Source: Blastocystis sp. Blastoise
Taxonomy: Eukaryota > Protista > Bigyra: Opalinata
Length of the DNA stretch: 64,000 nt
Direction of reading: 5' to 3'
Assembly: GCA_039096225.1 (NCBI GenBank)
Contig: JBBPEB010000007.1
Location: 372,001-436,000, forward strand
Shown: positions 43,901 to 52,400 of the stretch, in pieces
How the letters are laid out: each line of letters opens with the position of its first letter
How positions within the stretch are numbered: the stretch's first letter is position 1
Made by a program: the position numbers and the translations under genes
The notes under the pieces: model-generated
Told to the model about the DNA's origin: nothing
The model's database searches: none
Seen by the model: the letters and a program-made list of their open reading frames with translations, nothing else

Positions 43901-46428
43901 TTGTTTGTAGTAATATTCATAGTATTATTTACTAAATCCTTATGAATAGATTCCTTTTGCTGATTAATATTATTTGTATTAGAATCAATAGTATTCAAAG
44001 TAGAAGGAATACTATTAATATCTATATCTAATTCCATATCTATATTTTCCATAGAACTATTAGGAGACAATTGAGTATTATTTATAGAAGGAGAAGATAT
44101 AATAGTATTGTTTATTATATTGGTATTTATTTGCTCTATATTCATAGAAGAAGATAAGTTTGTTGAATCTATATTAGAAGGAGATTCTATAGATATAGGA
44201 GATTCTATAGTAGAAGAAAGATTGACTGTAATAGGAGATTCTATAGATATAGGAGATTCTATAATAGTATGATCATCTGGATTTATAGTAGTATTCATGA
44301 TAATAGGAGTATCTATATTATTTGTAGTATTTGTAGAAGAAGAAGAAGTATGTATAGGAATAGAATTAGAATTAATTATAGAATTTGAGATAGAAGGAAT
44401 AGTAGGCTCAATAGTAGTTATAGAATCAGAAGGAACAGGAGATAAAAAGGTACCCATATTAGTATGTGTATTATCCTCAATTTCATTTTGTATATAGTTA
44501 TTTATTGTATCACTTGGAGTTATTCTTTCTTGTATAGGGATTTCATTTTGTTTCGCTACTTCATTTATTGGAGCACTAGAATTTCTATGTTTATTTGAAT
44601 AAATATTTCTGAGAGTTCGTAGTAAGTAGAACAGTGTATTCACACTTGACTGAGGGAATAACATGGAGAATGATTTTTGGCGTGTAATTCTTTTTTGAAT
44701 TCTAGGCCTATTTTTTCTTTTCTCGTAGATAAACATTAAAGTGAAGTGATTTATAAATTCCTTTAAGGATTCTATATTATTCCATTTCTTTCCATTTTTA
44801 TGTTTTTTTATTGTGTTATAACCAATTAGAAATTCAGGTTTTGCCGGGAAAAGCCAATTAAATTTAGTAGGAAAATCTTTAGGAGGAGAAGTAATAGTAT
44901 ATATATTAGTAGGTAATAGAATATTAAAATTATTTCCATGAGTAGTTTCAAGTATATTATCAATAGTAGGAATTTCATATTCACCAAGTATTTCATTAGG
45001 AGTATAGGTATGTACATCATCTAAAGTATCATAAGAGGATTCATGTTCTTCATCACTTAAGTTCATTGTAATTAATTCATCTTCGGAAGATATAGAAGAA
45101 TTATGTTGTATAACGTTTGATTGATTATTAGTAGTTAAAAAAGTATTATTATTAGTATTTATAGACGTATTTATTGAAGTGTTTGTAGATGATGGAGAAG
45201 ATAATTCCAATGTAGATATATTATTATTTTGAGCCCAAGAAGGAGGATTTGTATCATTTGGGAATATTCTTTGATGTAATAATTGACTAAGTGTAGGAGT
45301 AGGAGGAGAATTAGAAGATATAGGAAAATCTGAGGATTCACTAGGAGTATTTTCATTCATAGAGTTATCAATATTGTTTTCATTCAATTCCATATTTATA
45401 TTACTTTTTTGTATCTCAGCATCCATTTTATCATTCTCATCAACTACTGTTGTATCAATATTGATTACATTGCTTTCTTCAGTATTCATCGAAACATCTT
45501 TCATTTCATTTTCATTTCGTATTTCTTTACTTTGAGAGGAATTAGGAATAATTTCTTGTAGATTCTGAGTCGTTTCATTCATAGAGGGATTCATAGTAGT
45601 TTCATTCATAGTATTAGATTCATCTAAGGGTATTGTAGTAGTTTCATCATTCGTAGTACCAAAGTTCGTAGAGAATGTAGAAGTAGGTTTCATAGTATTT
45701 CGAGGATCATCATAATCAATCCAAATATTGATATCAGTAGACCAAGAGCTTTGCACAGAGTAGTTCGAGGACCATGAAGTTTTAGTAGAGGAGAAATTCC
45801 AATCATTCTTTTTCGTAGTATCATCATTTTTCGTAGATAGAGAGTTTACAGCATCCTTTGTAGACATAGTAGGTTCAACAAGTTCATCACCATCTTTCTT
45901 CTTTCTTAAACTCATAAAATCAGTACATACAGGAGACATCTTTCTCTTTTTCGCAAGTGTAGAAGTTTCAATGTAGAAGACTTCAGTTTCTAGAGGTATA
46001 GGACTGTTCTGGTTGTGTAGAGGTAATGTAGTTGTAGAGATAGATGTAGAAGAAGAAATATCCTTTTCAGGATTATTTTTGGGTTGTAAATAACCGTTAT
46101 TATTTGGTGGATCTTTCAAAGTAATAGAAGAACCACGGGAGGCTTCGGAATTTCCTGGGATTTCACATCCGGAGAAATTCTCTTTTTCCTGAATTGGAAG
46201 ACCATTCTGAGCATATTTTATTTGTTTTTGATTTTTTGAAGCCCCAAGGAATTCTTGAGTATTTCCACCATCACTAATCATCTTATCATCTTCTCTAGCA
46301 CACACAGAAGAAGAAACGGAAGAATTCTGACCTTTATAAACTGATTGTAAAAGATCATGTTGGAGTTTTGACTCCGGAACAGAAGCATTGTTACTTATTT
46401 GGATTGCTGATTGCATGAGGATAAAAAT
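37972..46428 (-). mobile_element. Non-LTR retrotransposon copy A (RLE-type, R2-supergroup), full length ~8.46 kb
   Basis: Bounded by tRNA-derived duplications. Single ORF, ~830-nt 3' UTR ending ...GGCTAACACTT with no poly(A). Near-identical to copy B over its 3' ~6.9 kb. Confidence 0.95.
38806..46416 (-). CDS. Retrotransposon polyprotein A, 2536 aa (RT + CCHC + restriction-like endonuclease)
   Basis: Likely start MQSAI at 46416, conserved in both copies. RT motifs PGPNG, NWRPLAL, YQKGF, FLDLEKAYDTV, GIRQGDPLSPLLFN, AYADD, RYLG, GGLG. CPYC-x13-H-x4-C knuckle. RLE motifs KRHN, RPDII, MVEIGV, K..K..Y. Confidence 0.95.
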   Translation of the reverse strand: MQSAIQISNNASVPESKLQHDLLQSVYKGQNSSVSSSVCAREDDKMISDGGNTQEFLGASKNQKQIKYAQNGLPIQEKENFSGCEIPGNSEASRGSSITLKDPPNNNGYLQPKNNPEKDISSSTSISTTTLPLHNQNSPIPLETEVFYIETSTLAKKRKMSPVCTDFMSLRKKKDGDELVEPTMSTKDAVNSLSTKNDDTTKKNDWNFSSTKTSWSSNYSVQSSWSTDINIWIDYDDPRNTMKPTSTFSTNFGTTNDETTTIPLDESNTMNETTMNPSMNETTQNLQEIIPNSSQSKEIRNENEMKDVSMNTEESNVINIDTTVVDENDKMDAEIQKSNINMELNENNIDNSMNENTPSESSDFPISSNSPPTPTLSQLLHQRIFPNDTNPPSWAQNNNISTLELSSPSSTNTSINTSINTNNNTFLTTNNQSNVIQHNSSISSEDELITMNLSDEEHESSYDTLDDVHTYTPNEILGEYEIPTIDNILETTHGNNFNILLPTNIYTITSPPKDFPTKFNWLFPAKPEFLIGYNTIKKHKNGKKWNNIESLKEFINHFTLMFIYEKRKNRPRIQKRITRQKSFSMLFPQSSVNTLFYLLRTLRNIYSNKHRNSSAPINEVAKQNEIPIQERITPSDTINNYIQNEIEDNTHTNMGTFLSPVPSDSITTIEPTIPSISNSIINSNSIPIHTSSSSTNTTNNIDTPIIMNTTINPDDHTIIESPISIESPITVNLSSTIESPISIESPSNIDSTNLSSSMNIEQINTNIINNTIISSPSINNTQLSPNSSMENIDMELDIDINSIPSTLNTIDSNTNNINQQKESIHKDLVNNTMNITTNNDITTSIANEEENIQNKRNPINLDETNTQMNNTTTIQNQNEYYDISSDESIINISSTSTSTATSPMDSPIPLENHISLSNIDFNFTPIISTHKDTNESKKTTTETTTTIETTTTPFPINTNEILNNNNTIDIDIDIDQNMSNSETNTPMNTMEIQEEIASTTMNTNNDTMMDIESSNTQENTSTNNSTQKNKKNSTQKGNKNKNTKNKSKYDDYIKAPRIPNTEDLLSTYSPINIQKTIQFSKTIKVDNTPKRRLSSMAIHKLGNWKSFIRFNKFIEDKLIPLVTPFPISSDESNTIQMNNEMINSFNNICDYIQNELYNWIYNNSIPTYRSWHNNNLNNNSSTKKYNTIYRKNNSYSPSQKNSYNDKNSSNKYFYAGKNIKNRNGNSYRSNNQYRNSKKIYARKNNQYRKKYMNTHDISQNNRGYGQNRSHIDSTPNNLQNTTNNMDDMDTHDISQNNHGNTQNRYDTQNIPGNNHDYNQHRYNRRKNNYNHPINNYSNKNKYKKNNKYKNYMDLSPSTTTNNTTTTNRSTTINSTTPSTSTTTPSTTSPPPTTTTPSNNTNTIHMNNKFKQTNDDFFDNNPFRKSTDNEIEALKKYYNNLKSNLDTLKYDLNHTILPNIPETESYTISSTLSESILNWKNKLQSITLFDEDEELKINILNILQKDNENNNTPLLTLEQWKEILNLIMNEIESCLWNINQLKEAKIRITSINDAKKIQSEFDKNTKAFLRSKVFSKTTPRYCEIPSKDLQEQFTKLYDSQETSDNILLPDIIKSNTKQLLNPPALNKITYERIKHALKFLPNNSTPGPNGLPYEVYKYSSSACSLLAYILEICRSNGITLKSWSSSITCLLDKNKSDPSSLGNWRPLALQNTESKILSSIMVTYMNELNNKQNFMSKYQKGFISGIPGCEELNFILQNYIANFKLSRRAKTAAYFTFLDLEKAYDTVPQRLMHQILQYMNFPIDFRNIILSLYSSANTVIRLTKNSYTDPIYLKRGIRQGDPLSPLLFNIILNPLLNYLNNNQAMMMNIKDNTTPNNPIVISESNAYAYADDIVLLANNKEDTEVLLGKVKEILNIYHMKLSVNKCKCLAMKYSNDGNRKLTYTPPPPTYNNEVITLLKDTEIQRYLGCPMGESITKRREFWVNTLDEIKEKINSLNTIPISPHQKLITLRQYIIPCIEFLARNGDTNILKIKELDVLIRNNVKNWNGCSSVWPKDFYSTSIRDGGLGVTLLLDRYYIGKASLLVRIANSNDINIRNTLYYALRYTTLQNSLYVINDPINYMRGHIPTEIPETRKKDLVFFNLSINNINKPLKAKKENNTVIPLDIDFTTLNHPFPYIRKAIDAIVALNMDICYYENNPKNGAGIRIRSTDNSISKFIEAKDVKRKMCKLLNESLKIRHASMLKEYSYLQYTKYLNNNISCNKWIYKTKHINPSKYCALLNLRMRTLYTGEMAYRRQDPKGKKPTLHDTVALCPYCLKTKNESKIHSQTHIMTTCARISRNENGHDLISKRHNEIRECLTRSLAKTLPYTIFKVNQEKSMNTILYDGKNKEEWANRRPDIIITSEKEIRMVEIGVTYEQVDGTRDTLLEMKHTKDHSYDEAIQKLQHDFPNKQISYYTVIIGASGTIPESTIHNISQVSKLKGRYLYFLISKINDIVLEWAYKYWRLSLSDSRLITKNISRLHSSAAHIELTQRNME

Positions 46429-46470
46429 AAAATGTAAAAAAGAAATCGCCTGATAGGGGGATCGAACCCC
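46429..46470 (-). repeat. Target-site duplication, middle copy between the two elements
   Basis: GGGGTTCGATCCCCCTATCAGGCG-A-TTTCTTTTTTACATTTT, with a 1-nt insertion at 46446 relative to the other two copies. Confidence 0.93.
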
Positions 46471-49400
46471 AAGTGTTAGCCAATTAAAGTAACCATTTGT
46501 ACCAGAGAGAACGGTACACAAACAGAAAAAGAACATAAAAAAATTAAAATAAATTTAAAATATCATTTAATAACTTTTGTTCATTTTGTTTTGTTTAAGT
46601 ATGTTTTACCACGGGGATATCACAACACATGTATTTCATATGCACCTTAAAATAACCAATAGGACTCTCTGAATGGGATTTGTGTACTGATACCAGATCT
46701 AGTAACACAATTTTAACACCTCCCAAGCATTTCTGGGATATAGCTGATGTATAGGTACAATATACCTTTCATATCACGACTATATATATGTAATTAATAT
46801 AATTTAATTGATTTAATTAATATTAAAGGTTAATAAGTAGTAGAATAATTTTTTAAGTAATATTTTTAAGATAAGAGTTTAATAAATAGTAAGTAAGAGA
46901 AAAAGAGAAAATTCAATCTATAAATATATAGATATTCAATCAGAGCTGATTATAAATTCAATCAGTATAAATAAGTTTTCATTAAATAGAATTAGAATAA
47001 GATATAAAGAAAAGATTTCAATAAAAAGATATATATAAAAAGTAGTAAATTATAAAATCAAGTAAAAGTAATATATCCAATATAATATATAGAGGATAGG
47101 GAGTAGATATATATAGTAAGTATAATATAAAGTAGAATTATTAATATAATATCCATTGTAATATGTAGAGGATAAGTAGTAGATAAATTTCATCAATATA
47201 GTATAAGTAGAAGTAGTATATTCAATATAGTATATGGAGGATGAATAGAAGTATTATAGAGGATAATTAGTAGTATATATTATTCCATATAGTAATATAT
47301 ATTATTCAATATTTCGTTGAGTTAGTTCAATATGAGCAGCAGAAGAATGTAGTCTAGAAATATTTTTTGTAATTAGTCTAGAATCAGAAAGAGATAGTCT
47401 CCAATACTTATAGGCCCATTCTAAGACTATATCATTAATTTTTGATATTAAAAAGTATAAGTATCTTCCTTTGAGTTTTGAGACTTGAGATATATTATGA
47501 ATAGTAGATTCAGGAATTGTCCCAGAGGCACCAAGTATAACAGTATAGTAGGAGATTTGTTTATTAGGGAAATCATGTTGTAATTTTTGTATAGCTTCAT
47601 CATATGAATGATCTTTAGTATGTTTCATTTCTAAGATAGTATCACGAGTTCCATCTACTTGTTCATAAGTAACACCAATTTCTACCATTCTTATTTCTTT
47701 CTCACTTGTAATTATAATATCTGGACGACGATTAGCCCATTCCTCTTTATTCTTACCATCATATAGAATAGTATTCATTGATTTTTCTTGATTGACTTTA
47801 TAAATAGTATAAGGAAGAGCTTTTGCCAAAGATCTAGTTAAACATTCTCGTATTTCATTATGTCTTTTGCTAATCAGATCGTGTCCATTTTCATTTCTAG
47901 AGATTCTAGCACAAGTAGTCATGATGTGTGTTTGACTATGTATTCTTGATTCATTTTTAGTTTTCAAACAATAAGGACATAAAGCGACAGTATCATGTAG
48001 AGTAGGTTTCTTTCCTTTCGGATCTTGTCTTCTATAAGCCATCTCACCAGTATATAGGGTTCTCATTCGAAGATTCAATAAGGCACAGTATTTTGAAGGA
48101 TTAATATGTTTTGTTTTGTATATCCATTTGTTACACGATATATTATTATTCAAATATTTAGTATATTGCAAATAGGAGTATTCTTTCAGCATAGAAGCAT
48201 GTCTTATTTTCAAAGATTCATTTAATAATTTACACATCTTACGTTTCACATCTTTCGCTTCTATAAATTTCGATATACTATTATCAGTACTTCTTATTCT
48301 TATTCCAGCTCCATTTTTCGGATTATTTTCATAGTAACATATGTCCATGTTTAAAGCAACTATAGCATCAATTGCTTTTCTTATATAAGGGAAGGGATGG
48401 TTCAGTGTAGTAAAGTCTATATCTAGAGGAATAATAGTATTATTTTCTTTCTTTGCTTTTAAGGGTTTGTTAATATTGTTGATAGATAGATTAAAGAATA
48501 CCAAATCTTTCTTTCTAGTTTCAGGGATTTCAGTAGGAATATGGCCTCTCATATAGTTTATTGGATCATTAATCACATATAGAGAATTTTGTAGAGTAGT
48601 ATATCTAAGAGCATAATATAAAGTATTTCTAATATTTATATCATTTGAATTAGCCATTCTTACCAGTAGAGAAGCTTTACCAATATAGTACCTATCTAAC
48701 AACGAAGTAACACCAAGTCCACCATCTCGTATTGAAGTGCTATAAAAGTCTTTAGGCCAGACAGAAGAACATCCATTCCAATTCTTAACATTATTTCTTA
48801 TTAGTACATCCAGTTCTTTTATTTTAAGTATATTAGTATCACCATTTCTAGCCAAGAATTCAATACAAGGAATAATATATTGACGAAGAGTTATTAATTT
48901 TTGATGAGGACTAATAGGAATAGTATTTAAAGAATTTATTTTTTCTTTGATTTCATCTAACGTATTCACCCAGAATTCTCTTCGTTTAGTAATGGATTCA
49001 CCCATAGGACATCCTAAATATCTTTGGATTTCAGTATCTTTAAGTAGAGTAATCACTTCATTATTATAAGTAGGAGGAGGAGGAGTATACGTAAGTTTTC
49101 TATTTCCATCATTGGAATATTTCATCGCTAAACACTTACATTTATTAACCGATAGTTTCATATGATATATATTAAGTATTTCTTTTACCTTTCCTAAAAG
49201 AACTTCCGTATCTTCTTTATTGTTAGCTAGCAGGACGATATCATCTGCATAAGCATAAGCATTACTTTCTGATATAACAATAGGATTATTAGGAGTAGTG
49301 TTATCTTTAATATTCATCATCATGGCTTGATTATTGTTCAGGTAATTCAATAAAGGATTAAGTATAATATTGAATAGAAGAGGAGATAGGGGATCACCTT

Positions 49401-52400
49401 GTCTTATTCCACGCTTTAAGTATATAGGATCTGTATATGAATTTTTGGTTAATCTTATAACAGTATTAGCAGAAGAGTATAAGGATAGAATAATATTTCT
49501 GAAGTCTATAGGGAAGTTCATATATTGAAGAATTTGATGCATTAATCTTTGAGGTACCGTATCATAGGCCTTCTCCAAGTCGAGGAAAGTAAAATAGGCA
49601 GCAGTTTTAGCTCTTCTAGATAGTTTAAAGTTAGCTATGTAGTTTTGTAGTATGAAATTAAGTTCTTCACAACCAGGTATTCCAGATATAAATCCTTTTT
49701 GATATTTTGACATAAAGTTTTGTTTATTGTTTAGTTCATTCATGTAGGTAACCATTATAGAAGAAAGTATTTTTGATTCAGTATTTTGTAAAGCCAAAGG
49801 TCTCCAGTTTCCTAAGCTACTAGGATCCGATTTATTTTTGTCTAGTAGGCAAGTGATAGAGGAACTCCAAGATTTTAGAGTAATACCATTCGAACGACAT
49901 ATTTCTAATATATAAGCCAATAGAGAACAAGCAGAAGAGGAGTATTTGTAAACTTCATAAGGGAGACCATTAGGACCAGGAGTACTGTTATTTGGTAAAA
50001 ATTTTAATGCATGTCTAATTCTTTCATAGGTTATCTTATTAAGGGCAGGAGGATTTAGTAATTGTTTAGTATTTGATTTTATAATATCTGGAAGTAATAT
50101 ATTATCTGAAGTTTCTTGTGAATCATATAGTTTCGTAAATTGTTCTTGTAAATCCTTAGAAGGTATTTCACAATATCTAGGAGTAGTTTTAGAGAATACT
50201 TTACTTCTTAAGAAAGCTTTAGTATTCTTATCAAATTCGGATTGTATTTTCTTAGCATCATTAATAGAAGTAATTCTTATTTTAGCTTCTTTAAGTTGGT
50301 TAATATTCCATAAGCATGATTCTATCTCATTCATTATAAGATTTAATATCTCTTTCCATTGTTCTAGAGTAAGTAGAGGAGTATTATTATTTTCATTATC
50401 TTTCTGTAAGATATTTAATATATTTATTTTTAATTCTTCATCTTCATCAAAGAGTGTAATAGATTGTAGTTTATTTTTCCAATTAAGGATAGACTCAGAA
50501 AGAGTAGAAGAGATAGTATAGGATTCAGTTTCAGGAATATTAGGTAATATAGTATGATTCAAATCGTATTTTAGAGTATCTAGATTACTTTTTAGATTAT
50601 TATAGTATTTCTTTAAAGCTTCAATTTCATTATCCGTAGATTTTCTGAAAGGATTATTATCAAAGAAATCATCATTCGTTTGTTTGAAATTATTATTCAT
50701 ATGTATAGTGTTAGTATTATTAGTAGGAGTAGTAGTAGTAGGAGGAGGGGAAGTAGTAGGAGGAGAAGCAGTAGAAGGAGAAGTAGTATCAGTAGAGGGA
50801 GTAGTACCATTTATAGTAGTAGATCGATTAGTAGTAGTAGTAGTAGAAGGACTTAAATCCATATAGTTCTTATATTTTTTATTCTTTTTATATTTGTTTT
50901 TATTACTATAATTGTTTATAGGATGATTATAATTATTCTTTCTTCTATTATATCTATGTTGATTATAATCATGATTATTTCCAGGAATATTTTGAGTATC
51001 ATATCGATTTTGAGTATTCCCATGATTATTCTGAGAAATATCATGAGTATTCATAGCATCCGTATTATTAGTAGTATTCTGAAGATTATTAGGAGAAGAA
51101 CCAGTATAGTTTTGATTTTGACCATAACCGCGATTATTTTGAGAAATATCATGCATATCCATATACTTCTTTCTATATTGATTATTCTTTCTAGTATATG
51201 TTTTCTTTAAGTTTCTATATTGGTTATTTGATCTATATGAATTGCTATTTCTATTTTTTCCAGCATAAGAATATTTATTTGAAGAATTCTTATCATTATA
51301 GTTATTCCTTTGAGAAGGAGAATAACTATTATTCTTTCTGTATATAGTATTATATTTCTTAATAGAACTGTTGTTATTGAGATTATTATCATGCCAAGAT
51401 CTATAAGTAGGAATAGAATTATTATATATCCAGTTATAAAGTTCATTTTGAATATAATCACATATATTATTGAAGGAATTAATCATTTCGTTATTCATCT
51501 GTATAGTATTCGATTCATCAGAGGAGTTAGGGAAAGGAGTAACAAGAGGTATGAGTTTATCTTCTATAAATTTGTTAAATCTAATGAAACTTTTCCAATT
51601 TCCTAATTTATGTATAGCCATGGAAGAAAGTCGTCTTTTAGGAGTATTATCTACTTTGATAGTTTTTGAGAATTGTATAGTTTTCTGAATATTAATAGGA
51701 GAGTAAGTAGAAAGGAGATCTTCAGTATTAGGAATTCGAGGAGCCTTTATATAATCATCATATTTTGATTTATTCTTAGTATTCTTATTTCTATTTCCTT
51801 TTTGTGTAGAATTCTTTTTATTCTTTTGAGTTGAATTATTTGTAGAAGTATTTTCTTGAGTATTAGAAGATTCAATATCCATCATAGTATCATTATTAGT
51901 ATTCATAGTAGTAGAAGCTATTTCTTCTTGTATTTCCATAGTATTCATAGGAGTATTTGTTTCAGAATTACTCATGTTTTGATCTATATCTATATCAATA
52001 TCTATAGTATTATTATTGTTTAAAATTTCATTCGTATTGATAGGAAGAGGAGTAGTAGTAGTTTCTATAGTAGTAGTAGTTTCTGTAGTAGTCTTCTTAG
52101 ATCCATTTATGTCTTTTTGAGTAGAATTAAGTGGAGTAAAATTAAAATCTATATTCGAGAGACTTATATGATTTTCAAGAGGAATAGGAGAATTCATAGG
52201 AGAGGTAGTAGTTGAAGTGGATGTAGAAGAAATATTAATTATCGATTCATCAGAAGATACATCATAGTATTCATTTCGATTCTGTATTGTAGTTGTATTA
52301 TTCATTTGAGTATTAGTTTCATCAAGATTAATAGTATTTCTCTTATTTTGTGTATTTTCTTCTTCATTAGTTATAGATGTAGTAATCTCCTTGTTTGTAG

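Noticed and set aside
46417-46536. ORF-track N-terminal extensions of the retrotransposon ORFs (starts 46536 and 55083)
   Set aside because: They run through tRNA-derived or neighbouring 3' UTR sequence and differ between copies. The shared MQSAI start is more credible.
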